Shown here piece by piece: positions 28,996 to 43,948 of a DNA stretch of 64,000 bases (position 1 is its first letter; every line of letters starts with the position of its first letter). Origin of the DNA: Eledone cirrhosa (taxonomy: Eukaryota); contig OZ024749.1 of the NCBI GenBank assembly GCA_964016885.1, positions 30,380,001 to 30,444,000 on the forward strand. The letters run 5' to 3'. The notes below the pieces were generated by a model that had not been told where the DNA came from, did no database searches, and saw only the letters and a program-made list of their open reading frames with translations. The translations under genes were made by a program, and so were the position numbers.

Positions 28996-29096
28996 TAGGA
29001 TGTCCCCCAAAAATGTGTATACGCCTTGATTACCTGTGCAGACAAAATTTAATAGAATGCTGTTGAAGTGTGTATAGATTTTGGTGGACATCCTGT
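28996..29096. mobile_element. Tc1/mariner-type MITE
   Basis: TIRs AGGATGTCCCCCAAAA / TTTTGGTGGACATCCTG flanked by TA. Confidence 0.6.
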
Positions 29097-29123
29097 ATAT
29101 ACATATATGTATATATATGTATA

Positions 29124-29212
<89 letters not shown>

Positions 29213-29229
29213 TCCCCAAACATGTATAC

Positions 29230-29453
29230 ACAAAGGAGAGGCACAAAAACAAAGAAAAGAATCCCCAGTCACTGAAGAGGTCACATAATTTGTGACGAAA
29301 GAACTTTGACAATATATGAACAACCGTCCGGTTGTGGAACCAACCAACCAACCAACCGGAAATTTATAAATTCTTAAATTTATAAATTTAATTCATAATA
29401 AATTGGAGTGAAAGCAACTGGTGCGTGTGTTTCTTATTGGCAACATCACCCTC

Positions 29454-29456
<3 letters not shown>
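29230..29456 (+). mobile_element. Family A 3' end with hammerhead at 29268-29310
   Basis: GTCA-CTGAAGA-G-GTCACA-taatt-TGTGAC-GAAA-GAAC-TT-TGAC; matches 43912-44132. Confidence 0.8.
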
Positions 29457-29519
<63 letters not shown>

Positions 29520-29522
29520 ATG

Positions 29523-29567
<45 letters not shown>

Positions 29568-29571
<4 letters not shown>

Positions 29572-29775
29572 GTAGAACACTGGAAGGTAATATCCGTAGT
29601 GGTAGAGCACTAAGTCCAAGGGACGAGTTAGGTTGAAATGGTTACACAACAGTTAGTTCACCATACTGAGAACAATTGTTTCACCTTAGCGGATCCTCAG
29701 TATTACGAGCTGAGGATCCGCTAAGATGAAACAATTGGTCTCGGTCTGGTGAACTGACTGTTGTGTAACCACTTC
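29568..29775 (-). mobile_element. Fold-back element family J with hammerhead (second copy about 47100-47250)
   Basis: Inverted arms around TATTACGAG, (TA)n flanks. Confidence 0.75.
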
Positions 29776-30811
29776 TATATATATATATATATGTATGTAT
29801 GTATGTATGTAAGTATGCGCATAAACAATCATAGATTTAAGGAGCTTTGATCTAACTTTAAATTTTGAATGCGAGTTAACGTAAAGCTAACTGCAACAAC
29901 GCAGTCATTTGACTATGATATATATATATGCCCAACAAGTTGGGCATATAAACACAGGAAGCTGACAACATCATCTTAGGGAGTCGAACACAGAACTGCC
30001 GTATGCCAGCTACAAGAAATAAGGCTTAAATTTACGAGAAAAGTTGTTGATTATCGCAGCCTTCTTGCATAAGACAAGTCTGATCTCAACACATGACAAA
30101 TACGTTCCTGATCGATATTTTCGATTAAAACCCTCTTTGGGTGTGCCAGAGCATGTCTTATGGCTTCAGTCTCATGAATGATATCAGTACAAGAACAAAA
30201 GGATTATATTGTAAAGTTGTTTACTCGTCTAATTCCAATCCATGTTTGTCTCTTGGCAATGATAACAAATTTGTAAGCACCTGCTTTGTAAATTTGCGAC
30301 CTTATGAAGAAAATACTTAAGACGATTTATCACTCGAATGTATATGTTTTTGATAATACTTTGTACCTTTACCAAGCTGCTTTCTCATAAATTTCACAGA
30401 AGGGAGATAATTCTTCAGATTAGTATCGGCTTTACTTTGCATGGAAGACTGTTATCTATTGAATAATAACGTATTTAGAGTTATTTTCAAAGCTATTGGA
30501 AAGGCCAAACGAAAAAGTATTTAGAAAGAGAGAATATTGAATATGCTTCCTAGACTTAAATATATGAAAGAACGTGGAATAGCCATGTTAGGATATGAGA
30601 TAAAAGCATATAGTAATGTGATATATGTAATATATGTAATATATGTGAGTATTCTTGTATGAGTGTGTGAATATTCGTATATGTGTGTAAATATCTGTGT
30701 ATATGTGTGTGACTATTTGTGTATATATGTGTGTGTGAGTATTCTTGTATATGTGTATGTATTCATCTATATGTGTTTAAGCATTCGTGTATATGTGTGT
30801 GAGTATTCGTG

Positions 30812-31077
<266 letters not shown>

Positions 31078-31433
31078 TATTCGTGTATATATGTGTGTGT
31101 GAGTACTCATGTATATGCGTGTATATATGTGTCACTATACGTGTATATATATGTGTGTGAGTATTTTTGTATATCTGTGTGAGTATTCATGTATATGTAT
31201 GTGAGTATTCATGTATATGTATGAGAATGTGTGTATATATGTGAATATCCGTATATATGTATGTATTTGTGTATATGTGTGTAAGTATATTCGTGTATAT
31301 GCATGTGAGTATATTCGTGTATATATGTGCGAGTATTCGTGTATAAGCTTGTGAATATTCGTGTATATATGTGTATATACAGACTAAATGTAACAGTACG
31401 AATCTACCAATAAAAGATTTTCCCTGTCGCCAG

Positions 31434-32148
31434 CGGACAGAACCTCAGAAGTGTGCTGCCCTATGGTCCCAGTGGACAGAACCTCAGAAGTGTGCTGCCT
31501 TATGGTCCCAGCGGACAGAACCTCAGAAGTGTGCTACCTTATGGTCCCAGTGGACAGAACCCCAGAAGTGTGCTACCCTATGGTCCCAGTGGACAGAACC
31601 TCAGAAGTGTGCTACCTTATGGTCCCAGTGGACAGAACCCCAGAAGTGTGCTACCTTATGGTCCCAGTGGACAGAATCTCAGACGTGTGCTACCTTATGG
31701 TCCCAGTGGACATAAGCTCAGAAGTGTGCTGCCTTATGGTCCCAACGGACAGAACCTCAGAAGTGTGCTACCTTATGGTCCCAGTGGACAGAACCTCAGA
31801 AGTGTGCTACCTTATGGTCCCAACGGACAGAACCTCAGAAGTGTGCTACCTTATGGTCCCAGTGGACAGAACCTCAGAAGTGTGCTACCTTATGGTCCCA
31901 GTGGACAGAACCTCAGACGTGTGCTACCTTATGGTCCCAGTGGACAGAACCTCAGAAGTGTGCTACCTTATGGTCCCAGTGGACAGAACCCCAGAAGTGT
32001 GCTACCTTATGGTCCCAGTGGACAGAACCTCAGAAGTGTGCTGCCTTATGGTCCCAGTGGACAGAACCTCAGACGTGTGCTACCTTATGGTCCCAGCGGA
32101 CAGAACCTCAGACGTGTGCTGCCTTATGGTCCCAGTGGACAGAATCTC
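31434..32148. repeat. 39-bp minisatellite, about 18 copies
   Basis: GGACAGAACCTCAGAAGTGTGCTACCTTATGGTCCCAGT repeated head to tail without spacers. Confidence 0.95.
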
Positions 32149-32386
32149 AAAAAATGTTGTAAACGTGAAATGGGAAACAAGAACTAAATATACCCTTGTT
32201 CAAATTGACTAAAAATTCGCCCTCTGCAATCAATATAAGTCGCACTGCCTGAAACAGATTCCTTTGTCTCTCTGTCACCATTTAATTCAATTGTTCGTCA
32301 TATTCAGCAGATCAGTGGAATTGCTGTTTATCTCATTACAAATCAGTTTGGTCGCACTGCTTGAAACAGATTCCCTTGAACCTCTA

Positions 32387-32527
32387 TCACCATCCAATTC
32401 TATTGTTCATCATGTTCACCAGGTCAGTGTAATTGCAGTTAATGTCATCACAAATCCGCTTGATATAGATAGGTCTTGGCTTATCGTCCTCTGCTACATC
32501 TCTACCTTTCTTATGATCCTTAAGGAC
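32387..32527 (-). CDS. Candidate terminal exon (VLKDHKKGRDVAEDDKPRPIYIKRICDDINCNYTDLVNMMNNRIGW*)
   Basis: ttatAG acceptor and a protein-like 46-codon frame ending in TGA, followed by a degenerate duplicate of its 3' part. Confidence 0.3.
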   Translation of the reverse strand, partial: VLKDHKKGRDVAEDDKPRPIYIKRICDDINCNYTDLVNMMNNRIGW

Positions 32528-33160
32528 CTATAACGAGCGTTAACATAACATTCTACTGTATAATGTCTTTACAATAAAAACAATTATTCAGTACATTTAC
32601 ACATATAAAGGGTATATGTGTAAATGGATTTACGCACACAAGTGTGCCTTTCTATATAGTTCTCTTATCTTCCCGATATTTAAGGGGACCAACGTGACGA
32701 GGAAATAGTAAGAGATAATATAGGATTATGTTTAATCAGTCAAACTGCTTATGTAAATTATTACCTCGTTCTTATGATGTCAACAGAAATAGAATCTAAT
32801 AAGCGGAAAGTTCCGACATAGAAAGTCTTCAACGGGAAATCGTAATCAAATAAATTATTCTTGTCAAATATAGAAACTAGTTAGATAACGTGTTACTTAT
32901 TTGTTTACTCAGTTTAAACCAGAAGGGTTTTGGCTATAGATGAAAGCCAACGATTGGATGTGAAAAAATTTGTAGGCGTCCATTTTGTGATTAAACTCAA
33001 CAATACACAACTTGAGACTGGTATTGGGACTTGTATAGCAATAACCAATTTAGTGATATTACTCATGTTTTAAACATTATCTTACAAGATTTGTTGTATA
33101 TGATCGGGTTTTCCTGTTCTGTCATATATACACACACGCACATGCACGCACGCACACAGT

Positions 33161-33219
<59 letters not shown>

Positions 33220-33619
33220 GCACACACACACACACATACACACATACACACATACACACACATATATATATAGTTCAAGGAAACAACAGACAGAGGTACA
33301 AAAAGTCTTATTAGTTTCACGCTTTATATGGACAAGGTGAAAGGAAATTGGACGTGTCAGGTTTTAGCCCTTCTTCAGGAGTACAGAAATAGACATAGGA
33401 TCACAAAGGATATATAAAAAAATTAAGATAGTATATATGTATTCCAACCAGAATGGTTGTGTTTTTTTCTCAGGGTATGTCAATATTTATTTATAAAACT
33501 AACCTATATTATATTTTATCTGATGAAAGCGCACCATAATTTGCCTTGATGGCCCTTGAAATATGTATAATGAAATAAATATGGTTTTATAAATATAGTT
33601 TACATTTGTTAATATATTG

Positions 33620-33675
<56 letters not shown>

Positions 33676-33732
33676 TAATAAAAAAAAATGAATAAAAACA
33701 AAGAAACAGTTCCTTATATTAAAAAATTCATC

Positions 33733-33860
33733 ATTTTACGATCGTTTCAAGGATATATATGTTTGTGTTGGTATGTATATCATATAGATCTATGTAAAAT
33801 TTTTACAAACTATCAGTGGGAATATACATACCTACACATGTATATGCTGTCTTCAGAAAT
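33733..33860 (-). ncRNA. Type I hammerhead with expanded stem II
   Basis: Minus strand: ATTT-CTGAAGA-cagcatata..(about 85 nt)..tatatcctt-GAAA-CGATCG-TA-AAAT. The base of stem II is imperfect. Confidence 0.65.
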
Positions 33861-34722
33861 AATGATATTTGTTTATTGAAAAAAACCAACAAAGATTTAA
33901 TATAATAGGTCTGTTTGGGAACAAGTTTTGAATTGACCAATAGAAAGGTAGTAAATAGTCAAGATTGTAGAATAGTAGTAATAGAACTTTAATTTAGGGG
34001 TAGAGGAAAGCAGATTTCAGTTTTGAATGGAAAGAGTATGATGAATGAAAAGATTATTTTAGGGTTGAAAATAGGTCAAGTCGGTAAAAGGTACACGAAG
34101 AATTGATGTTATAAAAGAATAATGCTAATGTAAATATCTAAGGAGAATAACATTTTACGATAAATGTGTTAGTGAAAAATATCAAACTTATTTAAAATAT
34201 AGGGAATTTACATCTATAAAAAGAAAATAAATTAATTAAATTGATAGGTATATTTATATTGATAAATTTAAATTAATTCATATAGATATGATAAATAAGA
34301 GTTAGATGTAATTGAAGAGTGCTGTTAAAAACGAAGGGAAAATAAAAAAGTAATATTAATAATTATTGGGGTGGGAGTGGGGGTGGGGGCGTAAATTTAT
34401 TAGTGAGAAATAACAAATTTATATAGATTATAAGGAACATAGAAACATAACCTGAAATTAAAATAGTTTATATGTATACTTATTGGTATAAATTTTAGAA
34501 AAAGATAACTGTAAAAGGGAAATAAAATTATGCAGTTCATTAGTAGTAGAATATTAATTATATGTTAACTAATTTTAAAAAAAGTGTTATTATAATAATT
34601 TCTAAAGTGTATATTAATTAGGTTTATAATAACACTTTTTTTAAATTAGTTAATCAGAGTAGAAATGTGGATTTGTAAAGTCTTTGCCAAAATTAGGACA
34701 CATACACACACAGACAATTTCA

Positions 34723-34790
<68 letters not shown>

Positions 34791-34824
34791 TATATACACA
34801 TATATATATATATATGTGCGTATG

Positions 34825-34873
<49 letters not shown>

Positions 34874-34924
34874 GTGTGTGTGTGTGTGTATACATGTATA
34901 TATGTGTGTATACATATATATATG

Positions 34925-35018
<94 letters not shown>

Positions 35019-35363
35019 TGAATGAAGTAATTCCGTCGGAAAAGTCCAGGAAAAAAGAGTGCTCTATGTAGGTAACAGAGCTTAATAGTTATGTAATAAA
35101 CAACATTATGTTGTTTATTACATAACTATATATATATATATATATAGTTATATATATACAAAGGAAGCGTGGTAAGGAAACAGGTGGACCATAACACACC
35201 AGAGTACTAGATACGTAGGGTAGTAGAGTGGGTAATAGTTCAGAACTAGCTGTCGAAACGGCCGGAGCACAGACATCGGGCTCCTTGCTCTTTTCCTACG
35301 TATATATATATATATATTTATATTCTTCCTCCTATATCAAGCGTTAACCTAATGTTTACCTTT

Positions 35364-35400
<37 letters not shown>

Positions 35401-35574
35401 CGAAGGAAATGTGGTAAGGAACCAGGTGGACCATAAGGCACCAAAGTACTCAATACTTGGGGTAATAGAGTGGGTAATAGGAACCAGCTCAAGCCGTTTC
35501 GACGGCTAATTCTGGACTAGTCCAGAATTAGCCGTCTAAACGGCTTGAGCTCAGCCGTCGGGGTCTTGCTGGTT

Positions 35575-35652
<78 letters not shown>

Positions 35653-35659
35653 CATATAT

Positions 35660-36371
35660 GTGTGAATGTTGGCAAATTGTGTTTGTTGCATTTAATCTGA
35701 TTCTCTCGCTGATGATGCCTAGGGTTATTTGTTACAAACACACTCAGGGTGAAACAGATTAGGGATAATCTGTCCGAGAGAAATAATGGTTATTGAGGCG
35801 GTTTGTATAATAATATATTTTTATATTATCATTCTGTCTGCTTCTTGGTTAAATATTTCAAACAAATGTGGTTTTTCAACCCTTGTAATTTTAGACACAC
35901 GGTTTACTGTGTTTCTTACTATATATTATTAATCGGCTCAGTATTTTTATACTTGGAGCTTAATAGTTACAGGGTTCCAATTGAGTTTTAACTCTAATTT
36001 TCATATATATATGGAGGAGGTTATAGTTCACTTGAAGCATTGTGTAATGAGGTATAAACGTTTGAATATGTGTAATAAAGCCAAAACAATGCAGGTATGG
36101 ACATAGAAAAAAGAATGCAATTGTAAAAGATATTGTTGACAATTCGTCCTTTACGTCTATACTATTTCCTGTCAGCATGGCTTGGCTAGATATTTAAAGC
36201 GCTGGTTTGAGACCTTTATTTCCCTCCGAAGAAGAGATATTATCTCGAAAATTAAGAACATTTAAATAAATTCAAGGTAAAGGACGAATTGTCAACAATA
36301 TCTTTTACAATTGCATTCTTTTTTCTATGTCCATACCTGCATTGTTTTGGCTTTATTACACATATTCAAAC

Positions 36372-36373
<2 letters not shown>
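35660..36373. mobile_element. (TA)n-flanked element with inverted arms 36054-36152/36277-36373 (family N)
   Basis: About 98-bp inverted repeat. Spacer holds a degenerate CCGAAGA-a-GAGAT-att-ATCTC-GAAA. Confidence 0.55.
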
Positions 36374-36432
<59 letters not shown>

Positions 36433-36619
36433 ATACGATGCTGTCATATGACATGTCCTGATAGGTTGCGTGATTCAAGCATCACAGAACAATGAACGCC
36501 GTAGGAATGTGTATCACATCTTCACGATTAAACAACTGCACCGAAATTCGCAATTACCTTTGATGTACCTGATATAAATAATTTATATATACAGGTATGT
36601 ATGTGTGTGTATGTGTGTT

Positions 36620-36668
<49 letters not shown>

Positions 36669-36871
36669 AACTAATGTCTACACCACTTACTGTATATCTG
36701 GAATATTAATTTGAATAAATGGTGTTATTAGTTTCAATCATTAGCATAAATACATACATACATACATATATGTATATATATGTAAAATATGTAAAATACA
36801 CATAAATATATAAAAATATATATATATATATATATATATGTGTATGCGTGTGTGTGTGTGTATGTGTGTGT

Positions 36872-36930
<59 letters not shown>

Positions 36931-37048
36931 TATATATGTATATTTGTATATATGTATACATATTTATATATATTTGTATGTATATGTATGTATATATGTA
37001 TATATATATATGTTTATATATATATGTATATATGTATACATATGTATG

Positions 37049-37091
<43 letters not shown>

Positions 37092-37557
37092 GTATGTGTG
37101 TGTGTGTACGTGTATTTATATATTTATGCATGTACGTATATATATACATGCATATACATACACACGCCACACATATATATATACATATATGTATATGTGT
37201 GTGTGTGTATGTATTTGTGTGAGACATTTGGGTGCGTTACAGATAGTAGGTAATGATAAAAAGTATTGATAATATTAAAATTCGCTTTTGAAGTTTTGGA
37301 TTTTTACCTATTGAAGTAAAGGCGCGTGTTGTAATCGATCATATTGAAAAAAGCTGATCAAATCTATAATAGCGTTATAAAGTGTTCAATAGCGTTTTAT
37401 TAATCATCCGCCATTTCCCGAAAATGTTCATGTGGGTGTTATATTAAGTTACTATGTATATACATTTAATTAATTAGACAGAATAAATATGTGTAATTAA
37501 GCTAACGTGCCGTACTAGCTGTAATATATATATATATATATATATATATATGGTTAA

Positions 37558-37836
37558 CTTGCAGCAGGACCCGGCGTTGCACGGGGTAGGAAACGTGAAA
37601 TAGCAACACGCATATGCAAAGATTGAGGAATGTAGCTGTGTACTTTTTGAATTCCCTCATTCTCAGCGAATGATTGTTCATCTACTGGAAATGTAGAACA
37701 CCAACAGGCTCGAATCGTGAAACATATGCATGCTATGCAAAATATGAAGAAAATCAGCTGGATACGCTTTAAGCGTACTAAATCTTTGCCAAAATTAGGA
37801 CCCACAGACAACTTCAGTTTTATATATATGTATAGA
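37558..37836 (-). mobile_element. Non-autonomous Helitron (partial copy about 34670-34725)
   Basis: Minus strand starts A|TCTATACATATATATAAAACTG and ends with the hairpin CCCGTGCAACGCCGGG, then CAAG|T (CTAG-like). Confidence 0.7.
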
Positions 37837-37851
37837 TCATATATATATGTA

Positions 37852-37919
<68 letters not shown>

Positions 37920-37945
37920 GTGTGTGTATCCATCTATCTATCTAA

Positions 37946-38012
<67 letters not shown>

Positions 38013-38349
38013 CTCTATATCTATCTATCTACATATCTTTATCGATATATCTATCTCTAACTACCTATCTATCCATCTATATAAAGTTTGTACATATATT
38101 TGTATGTATGTATATATACATATATATATATATTTATTAAATTAACAGATTAAAGTTTAAGCAAAGAATCGGTGCTTTCACCCTTAACGGTTCTTATATA
38201 TTTGATATATATTTATCCCTATCAAGCCCCCTTTGGATTTTAGTCTTCAAATAAAGTACCAGTAATGTACTGGGTAATTGCTGGCCTTGTGCCAAAAGTA
38301 GAAACAATTATTACTATATATAGAGAGAGATAGATAGATATATATATAC

Positions 38350-38999
38350 ATTTAGATTTGTTAGTTTACCACTGGATAGAACTGGTCATTCCATATGGTC
38401 AACCTCGATGTAATATTAGGGAGAGCACTCGACGTAATGCAACTCACCCGTCTTCGTTTGTGTTGTTGGTGGTGCGAGTACGGAGTTAATTATTAAAAAA
38501 GTAACAGGAGGCTGGACTGGTGTCATTCCTTAAAGGTAAATTATATTATGAAGATTTTAATGACCGGGTTCAGTATGAATCCGGTGACATCATCAGGTAT
38601 TCGAAATTTAACAAAGGAATATAATCCACGGGGCTGAAAAGGCAGAGATACAAGAAGGCGGCCACACATTTAGCAGTTTCTAGTCAGGTCGGCCACTAAC
38701 TACATATAAACTAATCTTCATAGTTATCCATAATATATAATGTTTTGTTTTTTTATTCATTTTCTATTTTTAATATATAATAAATTTCACATATCTATAA
38801 TATATATTATATAAGTATGACACGGATTCCCGGTGGATATCACGAAGTGACAATATATTTATATTTTATTATTTTATTTGGTGCATATATCTAGCTATTT
38901 GCAGAATTATTTATACTTCTTAAATCAATATTACGTCCAAACAATTATTTATGTATATTAGTCGACTGTTAATATCAATAAATTATATATACCTATATA

Positions 39000-39000
<1 letters not shown>
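38350..39000. mobile_element. Repeat family O (inverted copy 40311-40765, interrupted by a SINE)
   Basis: 38695-38990 is the reverse complement of 40311-40430 plus 40574-40765. Confidence 0.6.
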
Positions 39001-39041
<41 letters not shown>

Positions 39042-39267
39042 AACGAGTAGGACCCCGAGGGCTGAGCTCAAGCCGTTTCGACGGCTAATTCTGGACTAAT
39101 TCTGGGCTTTTTATTTATTTATTTTTTTTTAGTCCAGAATTAGCCGTCGAAACGGCTTGAGCTCAGCCGTCGGGGTCCTACTCGTTCCTATTACCCACTC
39201 TTCTACCCTAAGTATTGAGTACTTTGGTGCGTTATGGTCCAACTGGTTCCTTACCACATTTCCTCCG

Positions 39268-39336
<69 letters not shown>

Positions 39337-39634
39337 AAAGTTCTATTTAAAATTGTTCGGATACAACAAGTAAATATTTTATAACTGATATAAAGCACTC
39401 GACAAGTTTTTGGAGTAGATATACGATATTAAATAAATGGAAACTATATTTATAAAACCAGACAGCTTCCAAAAATAATGGTTGCATCTAATAGGGTACG
39501 TCAAAATTATTTATAAAACTGTTTATATATTGTATTTTGTCTGATGAAGGCATACCATATTTTAATTTGATATCCCTGAAATATGTATAATGAAATAAAT
39601 ATGGTTTTATAAATATAGTTTCCATTTATTTAAT

Positions 39635-40271
<637 letters not shown>

Positions 40272-40432
40272 TATATATATATACAGATATATATATATAC
40301 ACATATGTATATATAATTTATTGATATTAACAGTCGACCTAATATACATAAATAATAGCTTGGACGTAATATTGATTTAAGATGTATAAATAATTCTGCA
40401 AATACCTAAATATATGCACCAAATAAAATAAT

Positions 40433-40573
40433 TGTTTCTAGTTTAGGCACAAGGCCAGCAATTAACCAGTGGATTACTGGTACTTTATTTTATCGACCCC
40501 CGTAAGGATGAAAGGCAAAGTTAACCTCGGCGGGATGTGAACTCAGAATGGCAAGGGCCGTAACTCTATACGT
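40433..40573 (-). mobile_element. 5'-truncated SINE family 1 with a target-site duplication of about 20 bp
   Basis: TATGCACCAAATAAARTAAT at 40413-40432 and 40574-40593. Confidence 0.85.
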
Positions 40574-40828
40574 TATGCACCAAATAAAGTAATAAAATAT
40601 AAATACATTGTCACTTCGTGATATCCACCGGGAATACATCTCATACTTATATAATATATATTATAGATATGTGAAATTTATTATATATTAAAAATAGAAA
40701 ATGAATTTAAAAAAAACATTATATATTATGGATAACTATGAAGATTAGTTTATATGTAGTTAGTCTTTTATTATGTATTGGCCTCTTACCCATATAGCTT
40801 ATGACCCCAACTCCATTCTGGATCTGCT

Positions 40829-40880
<52 letters not shown>

Positions 40881-40882
<2 letters not shown>

Positions 40883-41924
40883 TAATAAGGTAATGAATTC
40901 TTTTACAATGGAATTAGCTCGAAGGAGGAAAATACCCACTGAGCCGTGTATAAACTAATATGTATGTGATGAAACACAGATACCAACACATCTGTATATA
41001 TATTGCAAAAGAAAATTTAGCCAGATTGAAGTATACTAATTATTATACTACAGTTTGTCCATATCGATTTAAAATAATAAATCAACAAAGACGAACTGCA
41101 TTGCCAAATGGCTATGATGTTTAGACACATTTAAATTTCAAAATCAAACCTGTTCCGTAGATAAGTTTAAACTTTAAAATCCAAATATGTTTCGAGATAA
41201 ATAAGTGTAGGAATATCATATCCTGCTCTCCTCAGTAAATATCCAGGGACAAATTGATATGCTTCACTTCTAAATAATTTAAAAGACTGCGTGACGCACA
41301 TGGTTTAACAGTATCTAGCTAGTCTCATAACCGTACTGCTAGAAATAACAGTCGTATATATGAGGCGGCTTTCAGCTCAGACTAGGAGCAGTTATATTAA
41401 TAAGGTAATGAATTCTTTTACAATGGAATTAGCTCGAAGGAGGAAAATACCCACTGAGCCGTGTATAAACTAATATGTAATATAACTGCTCCTAGTCTGA
41501 GCTGAAAGCCGCCTCATATATACGACTGTTATTTCTAGCAGTACGGTTATGAGACTAGCTAGATACTGTTAAACCATGTGCGTCAAGCAGTCTTTTAAAT
41601 TATTTAGAAGTGAAGCATATCAATTTGTCCCTGGATGTTTACTGAGGAGAGCAGGACATGATATTCCTACACTTATTTATCTCGAAACATATTTGGATTT
41701 TAAAGTTTAAACTTATCTACGGAACAGGTTTGATTTTGAAATTTAAATGTGTCTAAACATCATAGCCTTTTGGCAATGCAGTTCGTCTTTGTTGATTTAT
41801 TATTTTAAATCGATATGGAGAAACTGTAGTATAATAATTAGTATACTTCAATCTGGCTAAATTTTCTTTTGCAATATATATACAGATGTGTTGGTATCTG
41901 TGTTTCATCACATACATATTAGTT

Positions 41925-41927
<3 letters not shown>
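40881..41927. mobile_element. Family L: non-coding 515-bp hammerhead unit with terminal direct repeat plus a 450-bp inverted copy
   Basis: 40881-40962 equals 41396-41477. 40951-41397 is inverted at 41478-41927. Confidence 0.8.
41638..41697 (+). ncRNA. Type I hammerhead (mirror copy on the minus strand in the left arm)
   Basis: TTTA-CTGAGGA-GAG..CTC-GAAA-CATA-TT-TGGA; stem I relies on G-U pairs. Confidence 0.6.
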
Positions 41928-41978
<51 letters not shown>

Positions 41979-41979
41979 T

Positions 41980-42042
<63 letters not shown>

Positions 42043-42043
42043 C

Positions 42044-42115
<72 letters not shown>

Positions 42116-42116
42116 A

Positions 42117-42196
<80 letters not shown>

Positions 42197-42217
42197 GTAT
42201 ATATGTATATATATATG

Positions 42218-42278
<61 letters not shown>

Positions 42279-42307
42279 GTGTGTGTGTGTACATAGATAT
42301 ATATATA

Positions 42308-42600
42308 ATTAGAAAGTGAACAACACAAAATATAACTACTCTATTACCAAAGGTTTCTGGATCACAGACGATGATAATATACGTCTGGATTGTTCGTCAG
42401 ACAGAGAGGTTATCTCTGTCTGACGAACGATAACACCTGTCTGACGAACGATCCAGACGTATATTATTATCGCCTGTGATCCAGAAACCTTTGGTAATGG
42501 AGTAGTTATATTTTGTGTTGTTCACTTTCTTATTAAATAGCTCTGTTCTATACATAGAGCACTCTTTTTTTCCTTTGCTTTTCCTTTGGAATTACGTAAC
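42308..42600 (+). mobile_element. Fold-back element family K with hammerhead 42437-42500 (relatives 35020-35130, 49392-49660)
   Basis: CTGT-CTGACGA..GATC..GATC-ca-GAAA-CC-ttt-GG-TA-ATGG, with inverted arms. Confidence 0.7.
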
Positions 42601-42601
42601 T

Positions 42602-42734
<133 letters not shown>

Positions 42735-43017
42735 AGAAAAAGAGATGAAATCGAAAATGCAACTGAAGTCTTATATTTTTTTTTTTTTTAAATATATATA
42801 TTTATTTGGTTCCTTTACCGGTTTCGCAGTTCTTCTGCTTTTCAAAAGGTGAGTTGAGATGGAGGGTCTGTGGTTTTTCTCACATCTGGTTGGTCTCTGA
42901 ATGTTACTTGTTTTATATGGAAAAAGTGGCTCGAATATTTATATATATTGCGCCCGTAGACGGTATGCCTGGTGAGCATACCGTCTAGGAATCGGAGACG
43001 AGATTACATATGAAACT

Positions 43018-43104
43018 ATATCTGATGATCTTTCGATTACAAAGTCAAGTTCGTTAATAATAGGGCGTTCCTCGAGCTGATCGATAGTGAAACATATGTA
43101 ATAT
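43018..43104 (+). ncRNA. Type I hammerhead with long stem II
   Basis: ATAT-CTGATGA-t-CTTTCGATT..GATCGATAG-t-GAAA-CATATG-TA-ATAT. Confidence 0.75.
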
Positions 43105-43157
43105 GTTATTAAATATGTTATGATGCAACACTGAATCTTTGTTCCTTTATTCTTCTA

Positions 43158-43209
<52 letters not shown>

Positions 43210-43380
43210 ATACTTTGGGAGGGTCATGTTACCAATAAGAAACACACGCACCAGTGCTTTCACTTCAATTTATTATAATAAATTTATAAATTTAGGAATT
43301 TATAAATTTCTGGTTGGTTGGTTGGTTCCACAACCAGATAGTTGTTTATATATTGTCAAAGTTCTTTCGTCACACATTCT

Positions 43381-43747
43381 GTGTATAAGTAAAATAAGCC
43401 CCCATATTAACTGTAAAACTAGAAATGTAGTGTATAGCATAAGATGTACTGAAGGACAATGTAGAGACAAAAATATAGTGTACATAGGTGAGACAGCTCG
43501 TAGTGTAGGGGAACGGATAAATGAACACTGGCGAGACCTTCAAGATAGTAAAGAATTATCTGTACTCTACCAACATGCTAAAATAGAACATAAGGGTAAA
43601 TTAGAGAACATAGAAATAAAAATAGAATCTACACACAGAAAAGACGCAATGTTTAGACAAATCACAGAGGCAATAAACATAAAAGAATTACAAGCAAAAT
43701 TAAATAGAAAATATGACTGGAACAGCAACATCACAATTTACAATTAA
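43381..43747 (+). CDS. GIY-YIG endonuclease (C-terminal part of a PLE ORF)
   Basis: NCKTRNVVYSIRC..C..VYIGETARS..ERINEH..SVLYQH..EH..DAMFRQITEA..I..LNRK..W; no internal stops. Confidence 0.88.
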
Positions 43748-43948
43748 GGACAAAATGAAAACACACACACACATAGAACAAACAACTAACCGGCAACATG
43801 TAAATAAACAAATAAATAAACAAATATAAACACACACAGACACCCGGATGTGGCGCATGCGCAGACTGAGCACACATCACACACACAGAAACAAAATGGC
43901 GTAGGACAGAACAAAGGAGAGGCACAAAAACAAAGAAAAGAATCCCCA

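Noticed and set aside
31434-32148. CRISPR-like regular array
   Set aside because: The repeats are contiguous with no unique spacers, there are no cas genes, and the context is eukaryotic.
33300-33385. Hammerhead on the minus strand (CTGAAGA-AGG..CCT-GACACGTC)
   Set aside because: No stem I complementarity and the GAAA is altered, so it is too degenerate to call.
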